Origin: an uncultured Bacteroidia bacterium
GTDB taxonomy: Bacteria; Bacteroidota; Bacteroidia; NS11-12g; UBA9320
Reading direction: 5' to 3'
Length of the DNA: 64,000 nt
Assembly: GCA_943789165.1 (NCBI GenBank)
Contig: CALSTB010000003.1
Span: 391,454 to 455,453, forward strand
Of the stretch, positions 8,706-20,062 are shown in pieces (within the stretch, counting starts at the first letter, position 1; every line of letters starts with the position of its first letter). Below the pieces are notes generated by a model. That model had not been told where the DNA came from, did no database searches, and saw only the letters and a list, made by a program, of their open reading frames with translations. A program made the translations under genes and the position numbers.

Positions 8706-11198
8706 TTACTGCAATAACAGCTTTCCAAAGGTATATTGATTCTCATCTGCTAATATCGAATAGGTATATACGCCTTTCGGTAAGCGATTGAGTTGAATTA
8801 CATGATTTGTTCCAGTTATTGTCTGCTCAAATACTTGTTGACCAAGTGTATTCGTTAACTCAAAGCTTCCATTTATGACACCTGTTACCTTCACTACTCC
8901 AGTTGTTGGGTTCGGAAGTACATAGACATTATTTCGATTGAGTTCCCAAACAGACAGCTTGAATTTTGCTTCGACCTCTTTAGAAATAGTATCTGTCGAA
9001 CATGTATTTGAAGCGATCAGTGTAACAGTATAGGTATTACGTGTCGCGTACGTGTGTTTTGGTTGGTCTTCTGAAGATGTATTGCCGTCACCAAACATCC
9101 ACGATGCTTTCGTGTCGTCTGTACTTTGGTTGACAAATTCAAAATCCATTCCATCGTCAACAATATCAAAATCAGCCGTTACATCATTTAAAACAGTTGC
9201 CGTCTGTACTGTTGCTGAACTGGTTCCACAGGTGTTTTTAGCGCTAACCGACAAGTCATGATCACCAGCAGAAGTCCAATTCACAACCACTGCTCTATCT
9301 GTACTTGACCCTGAAATCGATCCTCCAGAAGAAAGCGTCCACACATAGGACGTTGCATTTGTGACAGCGTCAACCTGATAGGTTTGGTTGCCTTCTCCAA
9401 CACAACTTGTGTCAATTACCAAAGCTGCAGGTGCATCTGGTACACCTGGCTGTACTTTTACCGTTAAATAGGCTGTATCACTTCCAAAGTCATTCGTTGC
9501 AATAAGTCTAACGGTTTTGTCTCCTGATTTTGAGTACGCCACAATATATGGCCCCGATCCACTCGCTGTAGCCGTAGATGCATCATCCCCGAAGTCCCAG
9601 GCGTATGAATTTACCTTGCCTTCAGTTTTATCAGTAAACCGTACATCCGCACCCGGACAAGGCGTTGCGATGTTCACTTCTAGGTTTGCTTTTGGTTTTG
9701 TGATGTTACAGTCGTTTGCTGAAATAGGTGCATATAAATCTTTGTTACACGCTTTCCCCGATTTACTGGTTTCACGTACAAACACACCACCATCCAAATC
9801 ATCTTGATGTAACGTCGTTTTACGATCACCATTCGTCAAACTGTAGTGCATAATTTTGGTGTCGTCTATCACGTGCGAAAGCTGATGACCATGACCTAAC
9901 TCATGAGTTGCCACGGTTTCAAAATCATATTGGCTCTTTCCAGGAGATGACGTGCCGTAATACCAGTTTCTGGTGGAATCAAACGAAATATCTAATTCAG
10001 ACACATAAAAGAAGGCATTACTGCCTTGCGTACATCCACCATACCAACTGGCGCAAACACCAAGTTTGCTATCAGTATACTCGGTAAATCGAACTATGTT
10101 TATTTGGTCGAATTTGGCTTCCTGAACCGTTGTAGTTGAAGTACTAATATCCCAATTCATAAGGGTTCCACATCTCCAATTTTCAGCGGCTCTATAGAAT
10201 GCATTTACAGCATCTGTTTTACCTGCGAAATTGGTGGACATCGTCCATTCGTAACCACCATTCCCGTTTAGGTCTATATGCTTTGGCAAGTAGTAACCAG
10301 AATCGACACTCGAAGTCCCTGCAAAAGGATAATTCGAATGAGCGTATCGCACCACGATGGACGCTGATGACTCGGTTGTTTCTGCACTGTTGTTTGTTAC
10401 ACGTATTTTCCCAGTACCCGCTCTTGGTGGCACATACACTTCAATTTTTGTATTACTCCACGACTTGAAGGAAGACGGATAGTGTAACTCATTGTATCGC
10501 CCGTCTCCATAATTAGGATCTACAAATTCAAGATATCCTTTGCCCTTTATAATGCCAAAGTTGCTACCAGTTATGGTTAACAATTCTCCAGTTCCAGCAG
10601 TTAAAGTGTCTTTGTTTATTGATGAAATTACTGGCGCTGCTAATGGTCGGACTGAACCAATACCCAATGGATCTTTTCCAATTTGCTTTTTCGATTGATT
10701 GCTGTACGACTCAAGTAATGGAAATAAATGCCCCTGAATGTTTTCATAAATCTCGAAATATCCATGCGCAGTTTTGTTGATGCGGTCGTATTTTAAAAAC
10801 GATTGTGCACTTGCCACTGGCTGAAAAAACTGGCCGGTTTTGGTAGCAAACGTCAAATCTGACGCTTTTAATAAAAAGATACCAGTCTCCCCAACGCTCA
10901 CTTGTAACGACGGTTCTACAACTAAGGCTGTCAACCCAACAATTCCACCCTCCGTTATAAGTTCAATCTGTTGACTTACGTTCTGACCTTTAAAAACGGT
11001 CGACACTTCCAATAAGTTGGTAGTATGAATATAGTCGTGTGAGTCATTCCAAAAACTCTCTTTTTGCAAAACCTTGGCTTCTACAACGATATCAGACATA
11101 TATACTTTCTTCTGCAGGCTAAAAGGGATTAACGTGCATTGAGCAAAAGATTGTAAACTTAAAATGGTAAGGAGTGAAAAGGTTAATATTCGTTTCAT
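8706..11198 (-). CDS. T9SS-secreted zinc metalloprotease with IPT/TIG-like and PKD domains
   Basis: Signal peptide; an IPT-like segment (LTITGSNFG...GKIRVTN); the zincin motif HELGHGHQLSH; two PKD signatures (WDFGDD, FGDGNTS); and a Por-type C-terminal sorting domain (LPNPTTGVVKV...GVYTYSI). Confidence 0.8.
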   Translation of the reverse strand: MKRILTFSLLTILSLQSFAQCTLIPFSLQKKVYMSDIVVEAKVLQKESFWNDSHDYIHTTNLLEVSTVFKGQNVSQQIELITEGGIVGLTALVVEPSLQVSVGETGIFLLKASDLTFATKTGQFFQPVASAQSFLKYDRINKTAHGYFEIYENIQGHLFPLLESYSNQSKKQIGKDPLGIGSVRPLAAPVISSINKDTLTAGTGELLTITGSNFGIIKGKGYLEFVDPNYGDGRYNELHYPSSFKSWSNTKIEVYVPPRAGTGKIRVTNNSAETTESSASIVVRYAHSNYPFAGTSSVDSGYYLPKHIDLNGNGGYEWTMSTNFAGKTDAVNAFYRAAENWRCGTLMNWDISTSTTTVQEAKFDQINIVRFTEYTDSKLGVCASWYGGCTQGSNAFFYVSELDISFDSTRNWYYGTSSPGKSQYDFETVATHELGHGHQLSHVIDDTKIMHYSLTNGDRKTTLHQDDLDGGVFVRETSKSGKACNKDLYAPISANDCNITKPKANLEVNIATPCPGADVRFTDKTEGKVNSYAWDFGDDASTATASGSGPYIVAYSKSGDKTVRLIATNDFGSDTAYLTVKVQPGVPDAPAALVIDTSCVGEGNQTYQVDAVTNATSYVWTLSSGGSISGSSTDRAVVVNWTSAGDHDLSVSAKNTCGTSSATVQTATVLNDVTADFDIVDDGMDFEFVNQSTDDTKASWMFGDGNTSSEDQPKHTYATRNTYTVTLIASNTCSTDTISKEVEAKFKLSVWELNRNNVYVLPNPTTGVVKVTGVINGSFELTNTLGQQVFEQTITGTNHVIQLNRLPKGVYTYSILADENQYTFGKLLLQ

Positions 11199-11280
11199 GA
11201 ATTGTGTTTTTTCAAATATCGCGTAAAATACAAATCCCTTTTTGTTAGCGTTTAATCATACCTTTGAAACCGTATAAAAA

Positions 11281-12441
11281 ATGACACAACCTTTCAAATT
11301 AAAAATAGGCATTATTGGTGGTGGCCAGCTCGGTAAAATGTTAATCGAGAGTGCGAAACCACTAAACGTTGAATTCAACATCCTCGAAGCTACTACTGAT
11401 TGTCCTTGTTATTCATATGCAAGTACGTTCATTGAAGGAAGCTTGATGGACTCTGAAAAGATTAAAGAACTTGCTGCCATAAGTGATGTTATTACCTATG
11501 AAATTGAGCATGTAGATGTTGCAACACTTAAGGAGCTAGAAACTTTAGGAAAAACAGTCATACCGTCAGGTGGCATATTAGAAATCATCCAGGACAAGGG
11601 AAGACAAAAGCAGTTTTATAAACAACATAATCTTGCTACCGCCCCATTTATTCTATCGGATGCAGATAAGGCACAAAACGAAGACTTAAGTCAATTTCCT
11701 GGCGACAAAATTGTCGTAAAAAGTTGTACAGGGGGTTATGACGGCAAAGGCGTATCCATCCAATTAAAGTCAAATATTAAGGCAGGCGAATTAAACACCG
11801 TCTTTAAGGGTCCAGTAGTCTTAGAATCATATGTACCTGATGTTACAGAGCTCTCTGTTATTGTGGCCCGAAACAGAAGAGGTGAAATAAAGAGTTTTCC
11901 GATCGTGGAAATGGTTTTTGACCCTGAGATTAACTTAGTTGATTATTTATTCGCACCTAGTAACGTTTCCAAGAACGTTGCTGACGACGCAAATGCACTC
12001 GCCTTGAGTGCCATTACTGCCCTAGATGGTGTTGGTATTTTTGCTGTTGAATTATTCCTAACTCCCAATGGTGAGTGTTTGATAAACGAAATTGCACCAA
12101 GACCGCATAACTCTGGACACCACACTATTGAGGCGAATTATACCTCACAATATGAGCAACTTATGCGCATAATGTTAGATTTACCTTTAGGCAGTACAGA
12201 CTTAATTACTCCTGCGGTTATGACCAATATTATCGGTTCAAATGGCGTCACGGGAGCATATTCGTTAGACGGAATTGACGAGCTGATGTCGACCCAAGGA
12301 GCTTATTTACACTGGTACAATAAATCGGTGACCAAGCCTGGTAGAAAAATGGGGCATTTCACGGTTTTAGATACCGACTTGAAGGAAGCCATTAAAAAGT
12401 CGCACTTTCTAAAATCCAAACTTAATACCGTGCCTCAGTAA
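11281..12441 (+). CDS. purK: 5-(carboxyamino)imidazole ribonucleotide synthase
   Basis: IGIIGGGQLGKM, an ATP-grasp core, and NEIAPRPHNSGH. Confidence 0.92.
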   Translation: MTQPFKLKIGIIGGGQLGKMLIESAKPLNVEFNILEATTDCPCYSYASTFIEGSLMDSEKIKELAAISDVITYEIEHVDVATLKELETLGKTVIPSGGILEIIQDKGRQKQFYKQHNLATAPFILSDADKAQNEDLSQFPGDKIVVKSCTGGYDGKGVSIQLKSNIKAGELNTVFKGPVVLESYVPDVTELSVIVARNRRGEIKSFPIVEMVFDPEINLVDYLFAPSNVSKNVADDANALALSAITALDGVGIFAVELFLTPNGECLINEIAPRPHNSGHHTIEANYTSQYEQLMRIMLDLPLGSTDLITPAVMTNIIGSNGVTGAYSLDGIDELMSTQGAYLHWYNKSVTKPGRKMGHFTVLDTDLKEAIKKSHFLKSKLNTVPQ

Positions 12442-12486
12442 AATTCTATCAAATATGGTAGCTTTGCTGAAATAACCGCCGCACAT

Positions 12487-13002
12487 ATGTCGATTCAAAT
12501 TGGTATTATTATGGGTTCGGATTCGGACCTACCTGTTATGTCTGAGGCAGCAAAAGTCTTAGACGAATTACAACTTGAATATGAATTAACCGTTGTCAGC
12601 GCGCATCGAACGCCAAAGCGTTTGTACTCGTATGCTGAATCTGCGGTTGGTAGAGGTATAAAAGTAATTATTGCGGGAGCAGGTGGAGCAGCACATTTAC
12701 CAGGCATGGTCGCCTCTCTCACACCACTTCCAGTCATAGGTGTTCCTGTAAAATCTTCCACAATGAGTGGAACGGACTCGTTGTATAGCATTGTCCAAAT
12801 GCCTCCGGGTGTGCCGGTAGCCACGGTTGCCATAAATGGTTCTAAAAATGCTGGCATATTAGCTGCACAGATAATTGGAGCATCAAATACTGAGGTACTT
12901 AAACGAGTAGAAGCATTTAAAGCAAATATGGAGCAAAGCGTGTTAGACAAAGCCAGTCGCTTAGAAGATGTTGGCTTTAAATCTTATCTCTCCAACTCAT
13001 GA
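12487..13002 (+). CDS. purE: 5-(carboxyamino)imidazole ribonucleotide mutase
   Basis: [29 protein letters not shown]. Confidence 0.95.
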   Translation: MSIQIGIIMGSDSDLPVMSEAAKVLDELQLEYELTVVSAHRTPKRLYSYAESAVGRGIKVIIAGAGGAAHLPGMVASLTPLPVIGVPVKSSTMSGTDSLYSIVQMPPGVPVATVAINGSKNAGILAAQIIGASNTEVLKRVEAFKANMEQSVLDKASRLEDVGFKSYLSNS

Positions 13003-13583
13003 TCATTCATGAAGACACGCTGATTAGCGATGACGTTCTAAAAGAGTTTTTTGCCTGTGACGTTTTAAAATGCAAAGGTGCATGCTGTATTGAAGGAGAC
13101 AGAGGCGCACCGATTACTAAAGACGAAGTCAAGGAAATTGAAAAAATCCTCCCGACCATTTTTGAAGAACTCAGTGATGAACACATTGACTTCATTAACG
13201 AAAACGGTTTTTACGAGAAAGATGACGACGGCGAATTAGTCACCACTTGTTTGGACGACGGCAAATGTTGTTTTGTGGTAGAACAACCAAATGGCATCTT
13301 AAATTGTGGGATTGAAAATGCTTTTTATAAGAACAAGGTAGATTTTATCAAGCCCATTAGTTGCCATATGTATCCTGTCCGTGTAAAGGAATACGACACA
13401 TACACAGCACTCAACTACCACCAATGGTATTTATGTACAGAAGCCTGTGCAAAAGGAGATCAAGAACGGATAAAGGTGTACGAATTTGTTGAGAATGCCT
13501 TAAGACGTCGTTTTGGGGATCAGTGGTTCGAAGGCCTAAAAGAAATAGACAAAGGTTTAACCAATCTTAAAAATTCATCTTAA
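12999..13583 (+). CDS. DUF3109 family protein
   Basis: [14 protein letters not shown] and later Cys clusters are typical of DUF3109. The start overlaps the purE stop by 4 nt. Confidence 0.6.
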   Translation: MIIHEDTLISDDVLKEFFACDVLKCKGACCIEGDRGAPITKDEVKEIEKILPTIFEELSDEHIDFINENGFYEKDDDGELVTTCLDDGKCCFVVEQPNGILNCGIENAFYKNKVDFIKPISCHMYPVRVKEYDTYTALNYHQWYLCTEACAKGDQERIKVYEFVENALRRRFGDQWFEGLKEIDKGLTNLKNSS

Positions 13584-15855
13584 GTTGGAAGCTCGTTAAT
13601 CGAGTAGGACCAATATCCGCTGGTCGCTCCATATACTCTACATTCCCAGCATTACTTACGATTACAGCGATTCTAACTTTGGATGTTATTCGGTAAGATG
13701 CTCTTAAATCAGTAATCACATATCCCTTAGGATTGAGGTCTAATCCTGTTTGAATTCCCGGTACGAAGAATGCAAACAAGGGATCAATAAATGCCTTATC
13801 GATGTTTTGTGTTTGACTTTGATAGCGCCACGAAACCCCAAATTGAAATCGGTTTAAGGAATAGGAAACGTCCATTTTGAATGTACGTAAACTGCGGTAT
13901 TTTAATATCCCATCAGTCGTGTCTGAACTTGTTGTATTGTAGGTTAAGTTATTCCCAACGCTGTCGGTGGCAAACGAGTATTGCGTATCGTCAACCCGCG
14001 GTAAACTGGCAGTATATCCTCCAAAAACTTTGATTGTTCCTCTTAATAAACGCGCCTGTCCCACCACACTTATATCAACACCCTTAATCGTTGTTGGACC
14101 GGTATTGAGTGATTTAAATCCTAAACCGTATCCGTTTCCTGCTGAAACATCACTTGACCACTGACCAAACGTAAATTCCATCATGTCGCTATACGTCATT
14201 TGGAACAAAGCCAAATCCACATAGCCTTTCATGTTTTTTCGTTTGAACCCCTGTTTAATCCCGATTTCAATATTATCTCCTGTCTCGGATTTTAGTTCTT
14301 TGTTTGGGTAAACAGAAATAGCGCCAACCGTTGTCTTTATGTACGACTCACCAATTGTTGGGAAACGATATCCTTGTCCGTAAGACGCCCTTACATAGGT
14401 CGCTTTTGCCAACCCGTAATTCAACCCAGCTCTAAATACTGGCTTGGATTCTTTATAGTCATTTAACGCGTAATCCTCGTATCTAACACCAACACTGTAA
14501 CTGAGTTTATTGAACTTTTGATTCAGCTGACCGTATACTGCTTTATTGTCGGCTTTTTGCGTCCCAGTAAACAAAGGTGAGTTTGTAGTCGTACTAATAA
14601 TCGTTGCTCCGTAAATGAAATCTGTGTTTGGGTTAATGGGAAGCGTGCTTTGATAATCTGCGTAGTACATCGTACTTTTATTCGACTGATTAACGCTGGT
14701 ATCTCCGTTATCTACTTGATTGTCGATAGACAACATCCTCGTTTTAATATTATGCTCCCAGCCTTTTGGTGTGCGAAATGTAATGAACGGATCTATTCGA
14801 TATTTTAGTCCAGAAGTCGTGGTAGTTTGGTCATCAAGAGCGTTATAGGCGCTATCGTAGCTTTTCCAGAGTAAAAATGAACCGTTATTAGTTGATAATA
14901 AATGTGTTCTGATACCAACTTCAAAATTTTTTTTAAAGGTATGTCTGTAATCCAAGCCTGCGTGAATTCGTTCATCAAAATCCCCAAATCGATATCCTTG
15001 ATCGTTGATATATTCAAACGTTGTTACAAAATCATTTTTACCCTTACTACGCAAATCTGTTAATCGTATTCCACTGGAAGACAAAGCATTACCCGTCCAA
15101 TTTAAAGTACTTCTAGATGCATTTGCGTACCGCCCACTGAACATAGTAAGCTTTGTTTGTTGCTTTTGTCCAGGCCATGCCGAGCGAATATTGATCATGC
15201 CATTCAATGCAGAAGAACCATATAAAACCGAACTGGCTCCTTTTACTACTTCCATATTGCGGATATTATCTGTCGCGATAAAATTCCACTGGACTTTGCC
15301 AGCATCACCACTGATAAGTGGAATACCGTCCACCACAACGAGTGCTCGTGTTCCTGCACCGTAGCTCCACCCTGCACCATTCCTTATGTTTATTTGACCA
15401 TCTGACACAACCACTCCCGGAACCTGATTCACAATTTCATCAGCCGTAACCGTGTTTTTGTCAATAATCAGCGTTGGACTAATAGACTCAATAGAAACGA
15501 TTTGATTTTTTAACGCTCTACCAACTTTGTCTGAGCCGATCACAGTCTGATCTAACATCGTCGAGAAACCAGAAGAAAGGCTTACCCGCGTACCATTCAC
15601 AAAACCTGAGGTGCTTACGGTAGTTGTTTTATACGATATGTGTTTGAATTCCAACTGTTTGGATGACGTGATGATGCTAAATCGACCCAAAGAATCTGTG
15701 ATGGAAACGTTGTCTGTGCTATCCATATCCAGCACCACAACATCCGCTATAGGTTGTTTGTCTTCATCAACGACAAAACCTTCCACCTTGCGTAATTGCG
15801 CATAAGAATTAACAAATGCCAGTATGCAAACCGCCGTAAATATCCATTGCTTCAT
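13567..15855 (-). CDS. TonB-dependent outer-membrane receptor with an N-terminal carboxypeptidase-regulatory-like domain
   Basis: Signal peptide from MKQWIFTAVCILAFVNSYAQ; a CarbopepD_reg-like segment (VEGFVVDEDKQPIADVVV...GRFSI); a plug (VPGVVV...IRNG); and a barrel ending ...FQLKMNF. ATG at 15855 is preferred to 15924. Confidence 0.85.
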   Translation of the reverse strand: MKQWIFTAVCILAFVNSYAQLRKVEGFVVDEDKQPIADVVVLDMDSTDNVSITDSLGRFSIITSSKQLEFKHISYKTTTVSTSGFVNGTRVSLSSGFSTMLDQTVIGSDKVGRALKNQIVSIESISPTLIIDKNTVTADEIVNQVPGVVVSDGQINIRNGAGWSYGAGTRALVVVDGIPLISGDAGKVQWNFIATDNIRNMEVVKGASSVLYGSSALNGMINIRSAWPGQKQQTKLTMFSGRYANASRSTLNWTGNALSSSGIRLTDLRSKGKNDFVTTFEYINDQGYRFGDFDERIHAGLDYRHTFKKNFEVGIRTHLLSTNNGSFLLWKSYDSAYNALDDQTTTTSGLKYRIDPFITFRTPKGWEHNIKTRMLSIDNQVDNGDTSVNQSNKSTMYYADYQSTLPINPNTDFIYGATIISTTTNSPLFTGTQKADNKAVYGQLNQKFNKLSYSVGVRYEDYALNDYKESKPVFRAGLNYGLAKATYVRASYGQGYRFPTIGESYIKTTVGAISVYPNKELKSETGDNIEIGIKQGFKRKNMKGYVDLALFQMTYSDMMEFTFGQWSSDVSAGNGYGLGFKSLNTGPTTIKGVDISVVGQARLLRGTIKVFGGYTASLPRVDDTQYSFATDSVGNNLTYNTTSSDTTDGILKYRSLRTFKMDVSYSLNRFQFGVSWRYQSQTQNIDKAFIDPLFAFFVPGIQTGLDLNPKGYVITDLRASYRITSKVRIAVIVSNAGNVEYMERPADIGPTRLTSFQLKMNF

Positions 15856-15901
15856 CACTCCATTTTTAACTAAATTCGTGTTATACAAGTTTACTAAAAA
15901 T

Positions 15902-16624
15902 ATGCGACGCATTGTCTTATTCATAAGTTCCGTATTAATTGCCTTTGCTGGCTTCGGTCAAAACTGTGTTTCTGATCAAAACATAACTGAGGTTGGGTTT
16001 CACCCCAAAACCATTGAACCTGCTTACGTAGATTCAGTTTATAAGCAAGTACTTCAGGTTAGAATTTTTAAGGATACTTCTGTGGTGTTGAATGGCAACC
16101 CTGTTTTGGCAACGATAGATTCTATTGTGGTTACAGGAATCGCTGGACTACCAACAGGTTTCTACTATACCTGTGCCAACAAAAATTGTACGTTTGTACC
16201 TGATTCTACGGGTTGTGCGACATTGGAAGGTACTGCAAACAAAAGTGACGTCGGTGAGCATAACTTAGACATTCAGATAACCATTTACGCAAAAATATTT
16301 GGTACAGTAAGCACCACTCAAAAAGATACTATTCGCCAATTTACTATGATGGTAGAAGATTTGAATAGTGCTAAAGATGTGTCAAAACAACACATGACAC
16401 TTTACCCGAATCCTTCTAACAATCGAATAGTTAACGTGTCTGGTAAATTATTGGATGATATTCAGAGCGTGACTTGTATCAATGCCTTGGGACAACCAGT
16501 CGAGTATACGCTAAACAATGGCCGAATTGAATTGTTAAATGGTGCGTCTGGTATTTACACCATCACCATATTGACTGCCAGTGGTCAAAACATTACACAG
16601 CGTGTGGTGTTTACCAATAACTAG
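15902..16624 (+). CDS. Secreted hypothetical protein with a T9SS C-terminal sorting domain
   Basis: Signal peptide MRRIVLFISSVLIAFAGFGQ. C-terminus is LYPNPSNNRIVNV...GIYTITI. Confidence 0.65.
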   Translation: MRRIVLFISSVLIAFAGFGQNCVSDQNITEVGFHPKTIEPAYVDSVYKQVLQVRIFKDTSVVLNGNPVLATIDSIVVTGIAGLPTGFYYTCANKNCTFVPDSTGCATLEGTANKSDVGEHNLDIQITIYAKIFGTVSTTQKDTIRQFTMMVEDLNSAKDVSKQHMTLYPNPSNNRIVNVSGKLLDDIQSVTCINALGQPVEYTLNNGRIELLNGASGIYTITILTASGQNITQRVVFTNN

Positions 16625-16639
16625 AAATTTATTTATAAC

Positions 16640-17800
16640 ATGAAACGCGTTGTCGTTGGACTTTCTGGAGGAGTTGACTCTTCTGTTGCTGCCGCTTTGT
16701 TACTCGATCAAGGATACGACGTGATTGGTGTGTTTATGAAAAACTGGCACGACACAGATGCTACTATCAGCGATGATTGTCCTTGGGAAGAAGATAGCAA
16801 AGACGCCTTAATTGTTGCCGAAAAACTGGGCATTCCATTTCAAACCATCGATTTAAGCGAAACGTACAAGGAACGTATCGTGGATTACATGTTCTCTGAA
16901 TATGAAGCTGGACGCACCCCAAACCCTGATGTACTGTGTAATAGGGAAATAAAATTCGACGTTTTCCTCAAAGCTGCTCTCTCTCTTGGTGCTGATTTTG
17001 TGGCAACAGGCCATTATTGTCGAAAAGAAGAAATTGATACAACTGAAGGCACTATGTATCGCCTTTTGGCGGGTAAGGACAACAATAAGGACCAGTCGTA
17101 TTTCCTTTGTCAGGTAAATCAAGAACAACTCAGCAAAGCACTGTTTCCCATTGGCCATTTAGAAAAAAAGGAAGTACGTGAAATTGCGAAACAAAGAGAT
17201 TTAATTACAGCTGAGAAAAAGGATTCACAAGGCTTGTGTTTTATTGGGAAGGTTAGACTACCCGACTTTTTACAGCAACAGTTGAAACCAAAGCCTGGTA
17301 ACATTGTCGAAATCGCGAGTCAATCAGAAAAGTACGATACCATTTCAACTGATGATGTCCACGAAACAGTATATGTCGAATCTGATGGAGAAGTCGTAGG
17401 CATGCATCAAGGTGCCCACTTTTATACCATTGGACAACGCAAAGGATTGGGTGTTGGAGGAAAATCCGAACCACTTTTCGTTATTTCGACTGATGTCAAT
17501 ACAAACACCATTTATGTGGGCATGGGCGATGACCATCCTGGTTTGTCCAGGTCCTGTTTGTTCATTTCAGAGAAAGAAACACATTGGGTTCGACCTGATT
17601 ATGCTTTGAAAGTTGGAGAGGAAAAAAAGTTTCTAGGTCGGATTCGTTACAGACAACCGTTGCAACACGTAACTGTTAAAGCACTTGAAAACGGTTTGGT
17701 ACTTCAATTCGATCAACCGCAAAAAGCCATAGCGGCTGGTCAATTTGCTGCATGGTACGATGGGGACGAACTTATTGGTAGTGGCGTTATAAGCCATTAA
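16640..17800 (+). CDS. mnmA: tRNA 2-thiouridine(34) synthase
   Basis: PP-loop [19 protein letters not shown], and DQSYFL, at the conserved length. Confidence 0.93.
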   Translation: MKRVVVGLSGGVDSSVAAALLLDQGYDVIGVFMKNWHDTDATISDDCPWEEDSKDALIVAEKLGIPFQTIDLSETYKERIVDYMFSEYEAGRTPNPDVLCNREIKFDVFLKAALSLGADFVATGHYCRKEEIDTTEGTMYRLLAGKDNNKDQSYFLCQVNQEQLSKALFPIGHLEKKEVREIAKQRDLITAEKKDSQGLCFIGKVRLPDFLQQQLKPKPGNIVEIASQSEKYDTISTDDVHETVYVESDGEVVGMHQGAHFYTIGQRKGLGVGGKSEPLFVISTDVNTNTIYVGMGDDHPGLSRSCLFISEKETHWVRPDYALKVGEEKKFLGRIRYRQPLQHVTVKALENGLVLQFDQPQKAIAAGQFAAWYDGDELIGSGVISH

Positions 17801-18645
17801 TCAAACCTGTATCCCAACCGTATGTCAACACGGTGGTAAAAGATGTTTTCTTTAATTCGCGCAGGACGTTGCGATTGGAATTCCCATACGTAGCCGTCGT
17901 ATTCAGATTTAAAGCTTTGGTATTTATACCCAAATTTGAGGTACCAGCTTCTGGTTGCATGTCGCTTATTCGTAATGCCGAATCCGGGATTAAAAAACAT
18001 GCCACCCGTGAGTTTCGAGTTGTCGTTCCAATCATATCCTGAAACATGAGGAAAGCCATATCCAGTGCCAAAAAAGTAAAACCACGATCTGTCTTGTTCT
18101 TTCAGCCGACCGAAATACTCCAAACCTACAGGCAAAACCGTTATGTCTGGCCACAAATACCCTTCATAGCCCAGTGTTACTCCTAGGTTATGTTGGTAGT
18201 TAAAAGTCTTTCCATACCCCATGCTCACTGCACCGCCTGCCACTGGGTCTCCCCAATAATCTCTGCCGAGTGGAATACCAAAATCGAATTGGAAATAGTT
18301 TCCAGAATTGCTAAAAGGAACATTAGGCTTTCTAGGTTTAACTAGTTGTTCCGCTCTTTTTTTTATCTCTTTATCAATGAAATTTAAGGAAGCGATATCG
18401 TCCCAAGGTACTTCCATTGTATCGGTTTGGTTTATCAAAAGGTCGACTTGCTTTTGATATTCGATTTTAACCACCTTTCCTTCAATCACAATTCCAGATT
18501 TTAATTCCACTCTGGCGTAATTGTGTGCTTCTTGACCAATACAATTAGCTGAAAACCCCAGAGAGAATAGGATTAGTAGAATATGAGACAATGGTGATGT
18601 CACCCTATCAGAAAAACATAAAAACTTCGTTAGTTTTGAATACAT
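17797..18645 (-). CDS. Hypothetical outer-membrane beta-barrel-like protein
   Basis: Signal-like [16 protein letters not shown] and a Gly/Tyr/aromatic-rich alternating C-terminal half ending LGYRFD. Start chosen at the internal ATG (18645). Confidence 0.4.
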   Translation of the reverse strand: MYSKLTKFLCFSDRVTSPLSHILLILFSLGFSANCIGQEAHNYARVELKSGIVIEGKVVKIEYQKQVDLLINQTDTMEVPWDDIASLNFIDKEIKKRAEQLVKPRKPNVPFSNSGNYFQFDFGIPLGRDYWGDPVAGGAVSMGYGKTFNYQHNLGVTLGYEGYLWPDITVLPVGLEYFGRLKEQDRSWFYFFGTGYGFPHVSGYDWNDNSKLTGGMFFNPGFGITNKRHATRSWYLKFGYKYQSFKSEYDGYVWEFQSQRPARIKENIFYHRVDIRLGYRFD

Positions 18646-18658
18646 TTCGGCGTAATTT

Positions 18659-19882
18659 ATGAAAAACATCTTTGTTTCACTCGTCATTTTTTTAGTCGGT
18701 AGTTTGGCATTGAACTCCTGTCGTTCAACGTGTGATCAAACCGTTTATTATAATGCAAAAATACCCGTTTACGGAAGTTTAAATTCAATACGCACGTCAT
18801 TTGCTATCCAAGGAGTGCAACCAATGGATTCGATTGTCAACATTGTTGAGTTAGACCACGCGTATTTCTTAGAAGAAAAGAACAAAGGCGTTCACGTAAT
18901 TGACAAGAAAAGTTTTACTTCCCCTACTCGAACAGCATTTATTAATGCCCCTGGGTGTTTGTCTATTGCCGGAAGTGGTACGACACTGTACATTGGTCAG
19001 GCTACCGATTTGTTGACTATTGACGTTGCGGATCTTAACAATATTACAAAGACCAAAGTTGTCCAAAATCTTTTCAATGAAGACTTTGTGAAAGAAGATT
19101 CATTTATAATTGGGTACAGAAGTGAGTATGTAGAATGGGTAATTGAGGATGGGGATTGCGGTGATACTTGGATTTACCCTGATAACGTAGAAACAGCCAG
19201 TAGAACCTCGCAAATACCCATGATGGATTTGCACATTTCTAAAAATCACCTGCTCGTTTGTGATAATAAGATTATTACCAGTTTTGGAATAAACACAAGC
19301 GGGAACCTGGCTTTAAAGGCCTCCATGACAACATTTTCATCCAATCGAGCCGAGCAAAATAAAATTGGAAGTACTGAAGATTTTATAGTTGTTGGTAATC
19401 CGACTGTTACTTTATTGCTTCTGGCCAATGACGGTATTTTGTCGCGGGTGTTTTCAAGCTTCGTAAGTTCGGCGTTCACCTGTGGGGACTTTTATATGTT
19501 CAATGATGCCATGTTGTATCCAGATTTTACTGCTGATAACAATGGCAATTGTAGTTCAGTTGGCGCTTTACACATTCATCCAATAAATGGCAGTGCGCGG
19601 CCGTTTATGCCGTTTCAAGTTCAGTTCTCCGAACCGCAATATGTATCCTTTTCAGATTCAACAATGTTGTTATGTGACGGATCAAGTGGTTTTAGTCTTT
19701 TCGACATTAGCAGTCCATCCACTTTTAGTAGTGCTTTGAATAAATTTGATGGCATCTCAGACTTCAGTAGCCAAGTAAGTGTATTGTCTAAAGATCGGGC
19801 TTTGGTTTGGGGAGAAGATGAGTTGTTTTACATCAATGTAGCTGACCCGAGAAATATTTCGGTGATTTCAGAAATAAAATAA
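18659..19882 (+). CDS. Hypothetical lipoprotein, beta-propeller-like
   Basis: Lipobox-like LVGSLALNSC. No catalytic motif recognised. Confidence 0.45.
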   Translation: MKNIFVSLVIFLVGSLALNSCRSTCDQTVYYNAKIPVYGSLNSIRTSFAIQGVQPMDSIVNIVELDHAYFLEEKNKGVHVIDKKSFTSPTRTAFINAPGCLSIAGSGTTLYIGQATDLLTIDVADLNNITKTKVVQNLFNEDFVKEDSFIIGYRSEYVEWVIEDGDCGDTWIYPDNVETASRTSQIPMMDLHISKNHLLVCDNKIITSFGINTSGNLALKASMTTFSSNRAEQNKIGSTEDFIVVGNPTVTLLLLANDGILSRVFSSFVSSAFTCGDFYMFNDAMLYPDFTADNNGNCSSVGALHIHPINGSARPFMPFQVQFSEPQYVSFSDSTMLLCDGSSGFSLFDISSPSTFSSALNKFDGISDFSSQVSVLSKDRALVWGEDELFYINVADPRNISVISEIK

Positions 19883-20058
19883 AAGGGCGTGAAAGTTGAA
19901 AAATCCCTAAAAAATAGGATTTGGCCCTCGATAAAATCGCAACCTTCCACCGTTTGACTTGCGTCTCTTTTCACCGAAGTGAATGAGGCCTGGTTTTGAC
20001 TTGCCGGTTAAGCCGGTAAAGTATAAGTGTTGAATTTTTCAATCGTTTTCAACGCCCT
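19872..20058 (-). ncRNA. Candidate structured small RNA of unknown family (strand tentative)
   Basis: 19884-19904 pairs with 20034-20058 over ~20 bp (7+4+9 bp with two small bulges), enclosing at least four local hairpins: AAATCC/GGATTT, GGCC-TC/GAGGCC, CGCAA/TTGCG, TTCAC/GTGAA and TTGCCGG/CCGGTAA. On the minus strand one loop is a C(UUCG)G tetraloop, a TACCTTTG -7 box lies 4 nt upstream of the helix, and UUUUAUUUUAUUU follows it. Confidence 0.4.
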
Positions 20059-20062
20059 ATCT

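Noticed and set aside
12495-12950. Long antisense ORF (151 aa) inside purE, and similar ones inside guaB (6626-7174), accA (3667-4059), cphA (52606-53082, 53513-53875), the E1 gene (60030-60416) and the PspC gene (62119-62556)
   Set aside because: Each lies entirely within a confidently identified gene on the opposite strand. They have low-complexity, Ser/Pro/Ala/Thr-rich translations with no motifs, which is typical of shadow ORFs.
15853-15924. Mirror-image starts: plus-strand ATGCGACGCAT encodes MRRIV... and the minus strand encodes ...MRRIF..., suggesting a regulatory palindrome between divergent genes
   Set aside because: The palindrome is short (11 nt, one mismatch). The minus-strand MNKTMRRIF extension precedes the real signal peptide (MKQW...), so this is most likely a coincidence of an over-extended ORF.
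17797-18687. Overlap of the divergent 296-aa and 407-aa ORFs at their 5' ends as evidence of unusual gene overlap
   Set aside because: Using the internal ATG at 18645, which precedes the signal-like hydrophobic segment, removes the overlap. The longest-ORF start is probably an artefact.
19884-20058. Interpreting the structured element as a riboswitch or leader for the downstream GT2 gene, or as SRP, 6S or RNase P RNA
   Set aside because: A TAnnTTTG box for the GT2 gene lies downstream of the element. None of the conserved cores I know (B12 box, TPP CUGAGA, glycine, GEMM, the SRP GGAA/AGCA loops, the RNase P GGAAAGUCC) is present. The fold is a multi-hairpin junction rather than the single long irregular hairpin of 6S. 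It is kept as an sRNA of unknown family or a possible MITE.
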